Assembly: GCA_964484935.1 (NCBI GenBank)
Contig: CAZAFW010000001.1
Coordinates: 69,351 to 133,350, forward strand
DNA: 64,000 bases
Origin: an uncultured Peptostreptococcaceae bacterium
GTDB lineage: Bacteria > Bacillota > Clostridia > Peptostreptococcales > BM714
Reading direction: 5' to 3'
The notes under the pieces are model-generated. The model did not search any database. It saw only the letters and a program-made list of their open reading frames with translations, and was not told where the DNA came from. Numbering within the stretch: position 1 is the stretch's first letter; each line of letters opens with the position of its first letter. The translations under genes were made by a program, and so were the position numbers. Below, piece after piece: positions 20,120 through 30,318 of this stretch.

Positions 20120-21232
20120 TCACAGGTAGTATTTAAATGGATTTATGTCTGCATCAGACACATTGATTTCGCATTTGCAACCGGTGGATGCAATCTCCTC
20201 GGAAAGCATTTTTTTTATTAGATGCTTGAAAAAATCCTCACTTTCGTAATGTCCGATATCGACAAGCGCGAGGTTGTTCATCCTGGCGAATTGAGCGTCG
20301 TGATACTTTATGTCCCCTGTCAAAAAGCATTCGACACCGCTTTTGTAAGCATCTCTGATAAAATCGGACCCACTTCCTGTACAAAGCCCGACTTTTTCTA
20401 TGATTCTTTCTTCATCACCTGTATACTTAAGGACTTGTGCAGAGAGTACATCTTTAAGCATTCCCAGAAGCACTTTGAATTCTCTGGGTTTTGAAAGCAT
20501 TCCGACTCTGCCTCCTCCTGAATTTTTCCGTATGTTTTCAAGATGTATTATGTCGTATGCCATTTCTTCATACGGATGAACCAATTTCAATTCTTCAATC
20601 GTTGATTTTACTTTTTCAAACGGCAGAATTGTCTCAACCCGCATTTCATCAACCTTTTCCAGTTTTCCTATCTCCCCTATATGCGGATTTGCCCCATCTA
20701 GCGGTCTAAAGGAACCTATCCCCTTTGAGGAAAACGTGCAATTGCTGTATGAACCAATGCTTCCTCCGCCCATTTCTCCCATCTTTTCAGTCACTGCTGA
20801 AACATGTTCAGACGGAACGAAAACAATAAGCTTGCAATATGCCCCCTTCTGCGGATTAAGCGCTTGTGTCCATTTTAACCCTATAAGATCTGACAGATAG
20901 TCGTTTATCCCACCTTCGTGGTTGTCGCAATTTGTATGGATTGAAAATACCGAAATATCATTTTTTATGCAATCCATGACCAAAAGGTCTTCAGCTAAAC
21001 TTGCGTCTAGGTTCCTGATAGGTTTAAAAATCAGAGGATGATGAGTTATCACCAAGTCGGACCTGGTTTCAATTGCCTCCCTCATGACTTCAGGAGTCAA
21101 TTCAAGCGCTGTCATTATGCGTTCATATTTTGTTTTGCCGCAATCTATCATAAATCCGGTATTGTCCCAATCCTCTGCATATTCATGCGGGAATTTAATC
21201 TGCAAAATTTTCATAAGTTTTTCCCTTTTCAT
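20120..21232 (-). CDS. Nif3-like dinuclear metal centre protein (YqfO/YbgI family)
   Basis: WDNTG, THHPLIF, HTNCD, HPYEEMA, GSGSDFI, TGDIKYH, DIGHYESE. Confidence 0.93.
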   Translation of the reverse strand: MKREKLMKILQIKFPHEYAEDWDNTGFMIDCGKTKYERIMTALELTPEVMREAIETRSDLVITHHPLIFKPIRNLDASLAEDLLVMDCIKNDISVFSIHTNCDNHEGGINDYLSDLIGLKWTQALNPQKGAYCKLIVFVPSEHVSAVTEKMGEMGGGSIGSYSNCTFSSKGIGSFRPLDGANPHIGEIGKLEKVDEMRVETILPFEKVKSTIEELKLVHPYEEMAYDIIHLENIRKNSGGGRVGMLSKPREFKVLLGMLKDVLSAQVLKYTGDEERIIEKVGLCTGSGSDFIRDAYKSGVECFLTGDIKYHDAQFARMNNLALVDIGHYESEDFFKHLIKKMLSEEIASTGCKCEINVSDADINPFKYYL

Positions 21233-21927
21233 ATTGCTTTCAAAACCTCCTTAAGCCTTTCTATGCGGTCAATTATTTCAAGGGTTTTTTTATCCATCAA
21301 TTCCGACTCGACAGCATTTTGCTTTATGTTATTAAGTATTTTTTCGTATTTGGCTATTTTATTGTTAACAAAATCCATAAGCAGGGGATCTTTTTCCTCA
21401 AGCATTTTAATACCTATTTCGCCATAGACCAAATTCTCACAGGAATCTTTACCTCTTTCAACCAACATAATTTCATAAAATTTTTTCCTATCCCTGGCTA
21501 TCCGTTCGGATATGACCCTGTAGCTATTCCCTCTAAGCCATTTCCTCAATTCCGGCTGGGCCACCATTGGTTGAAGAACAAGCCTCGGGTTAACCTCTGA
21601 AATAAATCTTTCTCCTTCTATAAGAATATCCCTAATGAGAAGGCCTCCCATACCTGCAATTATAACTTTGTCGACATGCTCTCCATTTATGGGTTCCAAC
21701 CCGTTTCCCAGTTTGAGTTCTATTGTTTTATCCATCCCCTGGGCTTCAACCATCCTTCTTGCGTTGTCCAAAGGTCCCGGATTTACATCAGTAGCAAATA
21801 TTTTCGGGCTGATTCCATTTTCAACCAAATAAATCGGTATGTATCCATGGTCAGTCCCGATATCCGCGACACGTTCTCCTTTTTCTACATATTCAGCTAT
21901 GGCTTGAAGCCTTGGGTCCAATTTCAA
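21229..21927 (-). CDS. trmK: tRNA (adenine22-N1)-methyltransferase TrmK
   Basis: ADIGTDHGYIP, LGNGL, IAGMGG, VLQP; follows rpoD. Confidence 0.95.
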   Translation of the reverse strand: MKLDPRLQAIAEYVEKGERVADIGTDHGYIPIYLVENGISPKIFATDVNPGPLDNARRMVEAQGMDKTIELKLGNGLEPINGEHVDKVIIAGMGGLLIRDILIEGERFISEVNPRLVLQPMVAQPELRKWLRGNSYRVISERIARDRKKFYEIMLVERGKDSCENLVYGEIGIKMLEEKDPLLMDFVNNKIAKYEKILNNIKQNAVESELMDKKTLEIIDRIERLKEVLKAI

Positions 21928-21969
21928 TTTGAATCCTCCTTAAAAATAAAGATTCGCATAAGCGAACCC

Positions 21970-23073
21970 CTATTCCAAATAATCTTTAAGTTTTTTGCTT
22001 CTGCTTGGATGTTTCAGTTTCCTCAATGCCTTGGCTTCAATCTGACGGATTCGTTCCCTTGTGACATCAAATTTCTTGCCGACTTCCTCGAGTGTCCTCG
22101 CCCTTCCATCTTCAAGTCCGAAACGCAATTTCAAAACCTTTTGTTCCCTCGGCGTCAATGTGTCCAAAACTTCAATCAATTGTTCCTTGAGCATCGAAAA
22201 GGCTGCCGCCTCTGCCGGTGCCGGCGCATCGATGTCAGGTATGAAATCTCCAAGATGACTGTCCTCTTCTTCTCCTATAGGAGTTTCAAGCGACACTGGT
22301 TCCTGTGCTATTTTCAGTATTTCCCTGACTTTTTCGACCGGCATGTCCATTTCTTCTGCAATCTCCTCTGGTTTCGGCTCTCTTCCAAGTTCCTGCAGTA
22401 ATTGCCTGGACACGCGAATCAATTTATTGATTGTTTCAACCATATGCACAGGTATTCTTATAGTCCTCGCCTGATCTGCAATTGCCCTTGTTATTGCCTG
22501 CCTGATCCACCAAGTCGCATAAGTGCTGAATTTATATCCTTTTCGCCAATCGAATTTCTCAACTGCCTTGATAAGACCCAAATTGCCTTCCTGTATAAGG
22601 TCCAAAAACAGCATTCCCCTTCCAACGTATCTCTTGGCTATGCTTACAACCAATCTCAAGTTTGCTTCACACAGCTTTCTTCTGGCTTCCTCATTTCCAG
22701 CTTCCATTGCCTGGGCAAGCTCAATTTCTTCTGTAGCCGTCAAAAGAGGTACTTTGCCTATTTCTTTCAAGTACATTCTTACAGGGTCATCTATATTTAC
22801 GCCCTTTGGAACTGCTATTTCCTTCTCTTTTACATCTTTATCCTCCGATTTGTCTACATCGGCCAAATCGATGATATCATCTTTGTCGCCAAGGATTTCA
22901 ACTCCTGCAGAAGTTAAAGAGTCATAAATCTCCTCTATGTCATCTTTGTCCAAGTCGATTTTCTCAAAAGCTTCGGCAATCTCCGAATATGTCAGACTAC
23001 CTTTTTTCTTTCCCTTTTGAACAAGCAACAATACATTTTCGTCGCTTTTTTTCTTTTCTTTTGGGTTTTTAAT
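21970..23073 (-). CDS. rpoD: Primary sigma factor SigA/RpoD (start probably ATT at 23073)
   Basis: [56 protein letters not shown]. The track start at 23121 lies deep inside dnaG and has no SD. Confidence 0.97.
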   Translation of the reverse strand: MKNPKEKKKSDENVLLLVQKGKKKGSLTYSEIAEAFEKIDLDKDDIEEIYDSLTSAGVEILGDKDDIIDLADVDKSEDKDVKEKEIAVPKGVNIDDPVRMYLKEIGKVPLLTATEEIELAQAMEAGNEEARRKLCEANLRLVVSIAKRYVGRGMLFLDLIQEGNLGLIKAVEKFDWRKGYKFSTYATWWIRQAITRAIADQARTIRIPVHMVETINKLIRVSRQLLQELGREPKPEEIAEEMDMPVEKVREILKIAQEPVSLETPIGEEEDSHLGDFIPDIDAPAPAEAAAFSMLKEQLIEVLDTLTPREQKVLKLRFGLEDGRARTLEEVGKKFDVTRERIRQIEAKALRKLKHPSRSKKLKDYLE

Positions 23074-24907
23074 TTGACTCCCCTCCCTTCTTTTGCCCCG
23101 GTGGCAACAAATCAAACTCATTCAATTCATTCATCCGGTTTCTTAAATTTCTATAACGATTCAGTTCGTTATATAGTTCTTTAATCCTAATCAAATCTCC
23201 TTCTTTTTCAAGCTTATTTTTGTCGAATCCTTTCAGTTCATTTTCTATCCTGTTCATACGCATAGCGACAAGACATCCAAAAACAACTTCTCGCGGGTTT
23301 TTATCTGAAATTATGGCTGAAATATCCATTGATGAAATTTCGGTCAATTCTTCAATGCTTTCAATGTCAAGCGACTCTGCCATGCTCCCTTGAAAAGCAA
23401 TATCATTATTGACATATTCGATCCCCAATGAATGAAATATCTTTTTATGGGCCTCCAATTCGAAATCGCATTCCTCAATGATTTTCTCCATACTGCGAAA
23501 AATTTCTTTTTCACTCATCAAAAGCCCTAACAGTATTTTTGCCGTTTCATATTTCTTTCTTTTGTCAACCTTGTATATTCGGTTGCCGCCGCCACGCTTG
23601 TACATTTGGGCCGCTTGTCTGTTAGAAAAAGCTTTTTCAAGCAGACCGCCGATTTCATGCTCTTCATTTTTGATTTTCTTTAGATAAACTTCTCTTTGCA
23701 AAGGCTCCGATATGGTATCAAACAATTTTTTAAGCTCTTCCAAATATTCAATCCTTTCCTGCGGATTTGACCTTTCAAACCTGTTTCTCAATAACCCTAT
23801 GCGATAATCCAAAACAGGCAAAGCCTTATGCATTTTGTCTTTATAAGCATCCACTCCATTTATTTTTACATATTCATCCGGATCCTTGGCTCCTTCCAGA
23901 TGAATGACCTTTATTTTGCAATTCGTTTTTTCTAAAATCCCCATCGCCTTGATTGTTGCCTTTTCACCGGCAGAGTCAGAATCATAGGACAATATTATTT
24001 CCTTGCCGTAACGTTTAAGCAAATTTGCATGGTCTTCAGTCAAAGCCGTACCCAGTGAAGCGACAGTATTTTTTATTCCTCTTGAATACAAGGCTATGAC
24101 ATCCATGTATCCTTCCACAATTAAGAGTTTTTTTTCTTCTCCTGTATGCTTTTTGGCAAAATTCAACCCAAACAAGAGATTCCTTTTATTGAATAGTTCG
24201 GTCTCGGGGGAGTTCAGATACTTAGGTATGCCGTCATCCAAAACCCTGCCTCCAAAACCGACGATTCTGCCTCTAATGTCGAATATTGGGAACATTATTC
24301 TATTTCTGAACCTGTCGTAATATCCAGAGCTTTTATCCCTCTTGATTATCAACCCGCATCGTTCCATATCTTCGAGTGAAAAACCTTTGCTTTTATTAAG
24401 ATGCCTTATGGCGCCATCCCATTTTTCGGTTGCAAATCCCAAACCAAAAGTTTTTATTGTCTTGATGTTTATTTCCCTATTCTTAAGATAATCGAGTGCG
24501 GAAACATTATTTTTGAGGTTGTTGTAATAATAAATCGCAGCTTCCCTCATCAAATCATATAAAAGAGACTTGTCCCTCACTATCTTTGTGTTATCATGTT
24601 TTTTCAGATAATCCTCCAGCCTTATTCCATTTTGTTCGGCTAGATACTCCAACGCGTCTACGAAATCGAGCTTTTCCATGTTGATTATAAATTCTATAAC
24701 GTCACCGGAGGCGCCACATCCAAAACAATGATATCTTTGACGGTCTTCCGAAACTATGAAAGACGGAGTCTTTTCATTATGAAAAGGACAAAGACCCTTA
24801 TGGTTTTTTCCGGTTTTTTTCAATTTTACATATTGTGAAACCACTGCCACGATATCCGATCTGTTGACAACCTCTTCAATTAATGCGTCCGTATAAGATC
24901 TTTGCAT
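23069..24907 (-). CDS. dnaG: DNA primase
   Basis: CPFH..KTPSF zinc finger, [33 protein letters not shown] and YDSD, KDPDE. Confidence 0.98.
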   Translation of the reverse strand: MQRSYTDALIEEVVNRSDIVAVVSQYVKLKKTGKNHKGLCPFHNEKTPSFIVSEDRQRYHCFGCGASGDVIEFIINMEKLDFVDALEYLAEQNGIRLEDYLKKHDNTKIVRDKSLLYDLMREAAIYYYNNLKNNVSALDYLKNREINIKTIKTFGLGFATEKWDGAIRHLNKSKGFSLEDMERCGLIIKRDKSSGYYDRFRNRIMFPIFDIRGRIVGFGGRVLDDGIPKYLNSPETELFNKRNLLFGLNFAKKHTGEEKKLLIVEGYMDVIALYSRGIKNTVASLGTALTEDHANLLKRYGKEIILSYDSDSAGEKATIKAMGILEKTNCKIKVIHLEGAKDPDEYVKINGVDAYKDKMHKALPVLDYRIGLLRNRFERSNPQERIEYLEELKKLFDTISEPLQREVYLKKIKNEEHEIGGLLEKAFSNRQAAQMYKRGGGNRIYKVDKRKKYETAKILLGLLMSEKEIFRSMEKIIEECDFELEAHKKIFHSLGIEYVNNDIAFQGSMAESLDIESIEELTEISSMDISAIISDKNPREVVFGCLVAMRMNRIENELKGFDKNKLEKEGDLIRIKELYNELNRYRNLRNRMNELNEFDLLPPGQKKGGESN

Positions 24908-25000
24908 CTTTATCCACCCCGCAAATTTGACGAATTATATTATTTCTACAAATTTCTCAGTTTCCCTGCAAAAATTCAATTAGTCGCAATATTCATTTTT

Positions 25001-25999
25001 TTACACCCAGTATTTTGGGATATATATGTCCTTGAATTTCTTTACCGCAAATCGATCCGACATGCCGGCTATATAATCTTTGACCCCTTGGTCTTTCCCG
25101 CTCTTCCTTCTGATATTTTCCGGCAATTCTTCAGGATGTTCCTTAAAATAATCATAAAGTTGTTCAATGATCTTTTGGGCCTTTCCTTCTTCCCCTTTTG
25201 CTTCCGTATTCAGATAAATATGTTCAAACATAAAATCCCTCAATTTGTTAGTATGGTATTCGAACCCTTCACTCATTTTGATGCAGTTCCCGTTTATGCT
25301 GTTCTCTATCACATCCACAACCATCGAATTTATACGCTCTCCATGACTGTTCCCCAAGCATTCCAAGCACTCCTTGGGTATTTGCCTTTCTTCAAGCATT
25401 CCAGCACGTGCTGCATCGTCAATGTCATGATTGATATATGCGATTCTGTCGCTTAGGCGAACAATATTCCCCTCTAGTGTCTTGCATTCCTCATTCCCAC
25501 TATGATGGAGTATGCCGTCTCTGACTTCATGTGTCAAATTCAATCCGAATCCTTCATACCTTCCGTCTTCAAGAAGATCGACAACTCTGAGGCTTTGCTC
25601 ATTGTGGATGAAACCACCAGGATGGATTTTATTCAATACAGTTTCTCCGCAATGTCCAAAAGGAGTATGTCCCAAATCATGGGCAAGGGCTATGGCCTCT
25701 GTAAGGTCTTCGTTAAGCTTTAATGCCCTAGCAATAGTTCTTGAAATTTGGGCCACTTCTAATGTATGAGTCAAACGTGTCCTGTAGTGGTCTCCTTCCG
25801 GCGAAAGAAAAACCTGCGTTTTATGCTTTAGTCTTCTAAAAGATTTTGAGTGTATAACCCTGTCTCTGTCTCTCTGAAATGACGTTCTTATGCTGCATTG
25901 AAGCTCGTTTTTTCTTCTCCCAAGTGTTTGGGATGAAAAACATGCTTTATTTGAAAGCCATTCTTTTTCCAATTTTTCATATTTAAGCCTGAAATCCAT
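25001..25999 (-). CDS. dgt: Deoxyguanosinetriphosphate triphosphohydrolase-like HD protein
   Basis: FQRDRDRVIHS, RRLKHKTQV, RTRLTHTLEV, HDLGHTPFGH. Confidence 0.93.
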   Translation of the reverse strand: MDFRLKYEKLEKEWLSNKACFSSQTLGRRKNELQCSIRTSFQRDRDRVIHSKSFRRLKHKTQVFLSPEGDHYRTRLTHTLEVAQISRTIARALKLNEDLTEAIALAHDLGHTPFGHCGETVLNKIHPGGFIHNEQSLRVVDLLEDGRYEGFGLNLTHEVRDGILHHSGNEECKTLEGNIVRLSDRIAYINHDIDDAARAGMLEERQIPKECLECLGNSHGERINSMVVDVIENSINGNCIKMSEGFEYHTNKLRDFMFEHIYLNTEAKGEEGKAQKIIEQLYDYFKEHPEELPENIRRKSGKDQGVKDYIAGMSDRFAVKKFKDIYIPKYWV

Positions 26000-26045
26000 A
26001 AGACAGCCTCCATTCCTTTATATTCTATATTAATTATACAACAAC

Positions 26046-26096
26046 AAAAGGGAAAACCCTTTAAAAAGAACATTTCTGTTCATTTTGAAGGGTTTT
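26046..26096 (-). terminator. Long hairpin terminator after ppdK
   Basis: AAAACCCTT...AACA-GAAA-TGTT...AAGGGTTTT followed by CCCTTTTGTT. Confidence 0.7.
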
Positions 26097-26110
26097 AATT
26101 CATTCTGCTA

Positions 26111-28732
26111 TTATTTATTCTTTATTGCTGCGTGTGCTGCGGATAATCTTGCAACTGGAACTCTAAACGGCGAGCATGATACATAATCAAGCCCTATCCT
26201 GTGGCAAAATTCTATCGAATCTGGCTCGCCTCCATGCTCTCCACAAATGCCTAGCTTGATGCCCGGCCGTGTTTTCCTGCCAAGCTCTATCGCCATGGTC
26301 ATCAGTTTTCCTATGCCCTTTTGGTCAAGTTTCGCGAAAGGATCACTTTCAAAAATATTCTTTTGAACATATTCATTAATAAACTTGCCGGCATCATCCC
26401 TGGAAAATCCAAAGCCCATTTGCGTAAGGTCGTTGGTGCCGAAAGAGAAAAATTCAGCGTGCTTCGCTATCTCGTCAGCCGTAAGGGCCGCTCTCGGAAC
26501 CTCTATCATTGTCCCTACCATATACTCCAAGGAATCTCCGGTTTTCTCAAGTATTGCATCTATTGTCCTTATGACGAGTTCTCGGTTGTATTTGATTTCA
26601 TTTTCATGCCCAACCAGCGGAATCATTATTTCAGGTTTTATTTCCAGACCGGTTTCTGCTTTGACTTTCAAAGCCGCCTTTGCTATAGCAGCAACCTGCA
26701 TTTCATAAATTTCTGGATATGTTATTGAAAGTCTGCAGCCTCTGTGTCCGAGCATGGGATTTACTTCTTTCAAAAGTTCCACTTTTTCCTTAAGGCGCTC
26801 GAATTCAACTCCTATTTTGGCAGAAAGTTCAATGATTTCCGCCTCGTCCTTCGGAAGAAATTCATGAAGTGGAGGATCAAGAAGTCTTATTGTCACAGGG
26901 CGTTCTTCCATGGCTTTGAATATTCCTTCAAAATCCTCCATTTGGAAGGGAAGAAGATGTTTAAGAGCCCTTTTGCGTTCCAACAAGTTTTCTGCCACAA
27001 TCATCTGTCTTACATAGTTGATTCTGTTTTCATCAAAAAACATGTGCTCTGTCCTGCAAAGTCCAATGCCTTCGGCGCCAAATTCAACAGCTGCCTGGGC
27101 GTCTCTTGGAGTATCTGCGTTTGTCCTTATTTTAAGGCTTCTTACTTTATCAGACAATTCCATTATCTTTGCAAAACTTCCTGTGAGATGGGCTTCTCTG
27201 GTCTTGATGACTCCCTTGTAAACTTCACCTGTATTTCCGTTAAGGGAAATGAAATCCCCTTCTCTGAAAATCATATCGCCTATCTTGAACATAAGATTCT
27301 TTTCGTCAACCTTGATATCACCGCATCCAGCTATGCAACACTTGCCCATCCCTCTTGCCACTACAGCCGCATGTGATGTCATTCCGCCTCTTGATGTGAG
27401 CACACCATCAGCCGCAACCATTCCTTCAATATCTTCGGGAGATGTTTCTGTTCTAACAAGTATCGCCTTGCATCCATTTGATACCGCCCTGACTACGGAT
27501 TCGGCAGTGAAATAAACCATTCCTGAAGCAGCCCCGGGTGAAGCGGGCAAACCCCTAGTCATCGGTTTGCTCTCTGCCAATTCCTTTTCGTTAAATGTCG
27601 GGTGGAGAAGCTGGTCTATCTGTTCAGGTTTTACTCTAAGCAAAGCTTCTTCCTTGTCTATGAGTCCTTCCTCAACCATTTCAACTGCAATATTGACTGC
27701 CGCAAAAGCCGTCCTCTTTCCTGTTCTGGTCTGAAGCAGGAAGAGTTTGCTTTTTTCTATTGTGAATTCAATATCCTGAGTGTCTTTATAATGCTTTTCA
27801 AGCTTGTCGGCTATATCCATGAATTCGTTGTAAACCGCGGGCATTACATCCTTCAGTTCGTCAATTGACTTTGGCGTCCTTATGCCTGCAACGACATCTT
27901 CTCCCTGGGCGTTCATGAGGAATTCACCAAATACTTTGTTCTCTCCAGTTGCTGGATTCCTTGTAAATGCGACGCCAGTGCCTGAATCTTCACCCATGTT
28001 CCCGAAAACCATGGATTGCACATTCACCGCAGTGCCGTAATGGTCCGGAATACCGTTGATTTTTCTGTAAATTTTTGCCCTTTGATTGTTCCAAGAATCA
28101 AAAACCGCCTCGACGGCTTTCAGCAATTGTTCCTTGGGCTCCTGTGAAAAATCTTCGCCTGTCTCTTCTTTGACAATAGCCTTGTATTCCTTGATTATTT
28201 TCTTCAAGTCGTCAACTGTCAATTCTGTATCGTTTGAATACCCGCCTCTTTCTTTAATGTTTTCCAACACTGCATCAAACTTGTATTTATGTATTTTTAA
28301 AACAACATCGGAGAACATCTGGATAAATCTTCTGTAACTGTCATATGCAAAGCGTTCATTGTCCGTCAAATCGGCCAAGCCTTCCACAGCTATGTCGTTG
28401 AGCCCCAGGTTAAGTACCGTATCCATCATCCCCGGCATCGAAACGACAGCTCCTGAACGAACAGACACCAGCAAAGGATTGGCATTGTCCCCGAATTTTT
28501 TTCCTGTCATTTCTTCGAGTTTCATGATTTTATCAAAAATCTCTTTTCTCAGCGTGTCTTTTAATTTTTTTCCTTCTTCGTAATAATTGTTGCATGCTTG
28601 TGTTGTAATTGTAAAACCTTCAGGCACGGGCAGTCCAATATTTTTCATTTCTGCCAAATTTGCGCCTTTCCCCCCCAAAAGACTTTTCAGGTCCTTGTTT
28701 CCCTCACTGAAAAGATAAACGAATTCACTCAT
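26111..28732 (-). CDS. ppdK: Pyruvate, phosphate dikinase
   Basis: GGKGANLAEM, LLVSVRSGA, GEDVVAG, GGMTSHAAVV (phospho-His), GIGLCRTEHMF, FSFGTNDLTQ. Confidence 0.98.
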   Translation of the reverse strand: MSEFVYLFSEGNKDLKSLLGGKGANLAEMKNIGLPVPEGFTITTQACNNYYEEGKKLKDTLRKEIFDKIMKLEEMTGKKFGDNANPLLVSVRSGAVVSMPGMMDTVLNLGLNDIAVEGLADLTDNERFAYDSYRRFIQMFSDVVLKIHKYKFDAVLENIKERGGYSNDTELTVDDLKKIIKEYKAIVKEETGEDFSQEPKEQLLKAVEAVFDSWNNQRAKIYRKINGIPDHYGTAVNVQSMVFGNMGEDSGTGVAFTRNPATGENKVFGEFLMNAQGEDVVAGIRTPKSIDELKDVMPAVYNEFMDIADKLEKHYKDTQDIEFTIEKSKLFLLQTRTGKRTAFAAVNIAVEMVEEGLIDKEEALLRVKPEQIDQLLHPTFNEKELAESKPMTRGLPASPGAASGMVYFTAESVVRAVSNGCKAILVRTETSPEDIEGMVAADGVLTSRGGMTSHAAVVARGMGKCCIAGCGDIKVDEKNLMFKIGDMIFREGDFISLNGNTGEVYKGVIKTREAHLTGSFAKIMELSDKVRSLKIRTNADTPRDAQAAVEFGAEGIGLCRTEHMFFDENRINYVRQMIVAENLLERKRALKHLLPFQMEDFEGIFKAMEERPVTIRLLDPPLHEFLPKDEAEIIELSAKIGVEFERLKEKVELLKEVNPMLGHRGCRLSITYPEIYEMQVAAIAKAALKVKAETGLEIKPEIMIPLVGHENEIKYNRELVIRTIDAILEKTGDSLEYMVGTMIEVPRAALTADEIAKHAEFFSFGTNDLTQMGFGFSRDDAGKFINEYVQKNIFESDPFAKLDQKGIGKLMTMAIELGRKTRPGIKLGICGEHGGEPDSIEFCHRIGLDYVSCSPFRVPVARLSAAHAAIKNK

Positions 28733-28747
28733 TTAAAAACCCTCCCT

Positions 28748-29563
28748 TTAATAAATATTATTTTCTTTCATTATCTGTATAATCGTGTTTGCGCTTTCTT
28801 CAATGGCTTTATTGGAGACATTGATAAAAGGGCATCCGATTTTTTTCATCAGTTTTTCCGCATATTCCAATTCTTCCATTATTCTGTTCATATCAGCATA
28901 AATGGCTCCATTGCTTAGTCCCATGCTTTTAAGCCTTTCAAGGCGTATTTCATTGAGCTTTTCGGGTTCGGTAATCAGACCGACAATCCTTTTTGCAGGT
29001 ATTTCAAAAAGTTCATTAGGAACCGGAACTTCTGGAACAAGAGGAATATTCGCAACCTTTATGTTTTTATGGGCCAAATACATGCTAAGCGGGGTCTTTG
29101 AAGTCCTTGAAACACCAATGAGAACGATATCGGCTTTCTTTATTCCCCTTGGGTCCTTGCCGTCGTCGTATTTTACTGCAAACTCGACAGCCGCCACTTT
29201 TTTAAAGTACTTGTCGTCAAGTCTTCTGATTGTCCCCGGCTGATTCAGCGGTTCGGTACCGATAGCCTTTTTGAATGTTCCAATAAGCGGACTGAGTATG
29301 TCATTGTAAACTACTCCACGGGACTTGCATTCATCTACAATTATTCTTCTCAATTCAGGCACAACGATTGTAAAAGCCACAACTGCATTCTGCTTTTCAG
29401 CCTCATCTACCACATCGAATATTTTATCTTCATTGTCGGTAAATGCGTATCTCTTCAAAACATAATTGTTTCCCTTGAATTGTCCAAGAACCGCCCTGAC
29501 AACTTGTTCAGCCGTTTCTCCAATTGAATCGGAAACAATGAAAATCACAATCTGATTATGCAT
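28748..29563 (-). CDS. PPDK regulatory kinase/pyrophosphorylase (YqfL/PDRP, DUF299)
   Basis: SDSIGETAE, FAVKYDDG, GVSRTSKTPLS. Start at ATG CAT after GGAGGG. Confidence 0.95.
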   Translation of the reverse strand: MHNQIVIFIVSDSIGETAEQVVRAVLGQFKGNNYVLKRYAFTDNEDKIFDVVDEAEKQNAVVAFTIVVPELRRIIVDECKSRGVVYNDILSPLIGTFKKAIGTEPLNQPGTIRRLDDKYFKKVAAVEFAVKYDDGKDPRGIKKADIVLIGVSRTSKTPLSMYLAHKNIKVANIPLVPEVPVPNELFEIPAKRIVGLITEPEKLNEIRLERLKSMGLSNGAIYADMNRIMEELEYAEKLMKKIGCPFINVSNKAIEESANTIIQIMKENNIY

Positions 29564-30218
29564 CTTCCAGCCCTCCAAATTCTTTTGTCCCCAATTCTAC
29601 GAAAAATTTGGTTATATTTGTTTTCGAAATTCTCCCAACAACTTTATATACTTCAGAATTGTCGATTAAAAGCCTCTCTACGACAGGCAAACTGTCTATT
29701 TCGCAATTAATCAGTCTTTGAGCGGCTTCATATATCGATTCATTTGAAAAAGCAATAATCAAATTTGGCATTCTGGTCATTATGACATTGATTGGAATTT
29801 TTCTGATGTCGTTTCCACCAATTGCCGTTTTCAAGAAATCCTTTCTTGAAACAACACCGCTCAGATATCCTTTTGAAGTAACATAAATCGTACCGACATC
29901 TTTCATGAACATAAAGACTATGGCATCATATACTGTTGTTTTCTCATCCACAACAGCCGGCATTGATTTTAAATCATTTACTTTAACGTTGCGTATGTGA
30001 TTGGCAATAACCTTGTCCTCCTGGTCTCCAACATAAAGATATCCAACCTTTGGTCTTGCATCGAGTATGCCGGTCATTATAAGTATTGACAGGTCGGGCC
30101 TTATCGTTGAGCGATTAACATTGAGAAGATTAGATATTTTTTCACTCGTTACAGGCTGATGCTCTTTCACAATTTCAATAATTCTCTTTTGCCTATCGTT
30201 GTATTGGATTTCAATCAC
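29556..30218 (-). CDS. ccpN: CcpN-like HTH + CBS transcriptional regulator
   Basis: RQKRIIEIVK..QPVTSE, IRPDLSIL, ARPKVGY, tandem CBS domains. Start uncertain (GTG 30218 or ATC 30209). Confidence 0.9.
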   Translation of the reverse strand: MIEIQYNDRQKRIIEIVKEHQPVTSEKISNLLNVNRSTIRPDLSILIMTGILDARPKVGYLYVGDQEDKVIANHIRNVKVNDLKSMPAVVDEKTTVYDAIVFMFMKDVGTIYVTSKGYLSGVVSRKDFLKTAIGGNDIRKIPINVIMTRMPNLIIAFSNESIYEAAQRLINCEIDSLPVVERLLIDNSEVYKVVGRISKTNITKFFVELGTKEFGGLEDA

Positions 30219-30290
30219 CTCTTTCGGCTTTATATGTTACACTATTTGTTATTATAACAGAAATTAGGTTGTAATATATCCATTTTTCTA

Positions 30291-30318
30291 AAAAAACAGG
30301 CCAAAAGGCCTGTTTTTT
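30291..30318 (-). terminator. Intrinsic terminator after glyS
   Basis: AAAAAACAGGCC-AAAA-GGCCTGTTTTTT. Confidence 0.9.

Noticed and set aside
19947-20129. 60-aa plus-strand ORF
   Set aside because: Lies antisense within the RNase P RNA.
21676-22927. Several long plus-strand ORFs (241, 171, 134 aa)
   Set aside because: Antisense to trmK and rpoD; typical shadow ORFs of conserved genes.
26068-26081. GAAC-N6-GTTC as a LexA box
   Set aside because: Firmicute SOS boxes have N4 spacing; this is part of the ppdK terminator stem.
26321-28337. Cluster of plus-strand ORFs up to 210 aa
   Set aside because: Antisense to ppdK, with no recognisable motifs.
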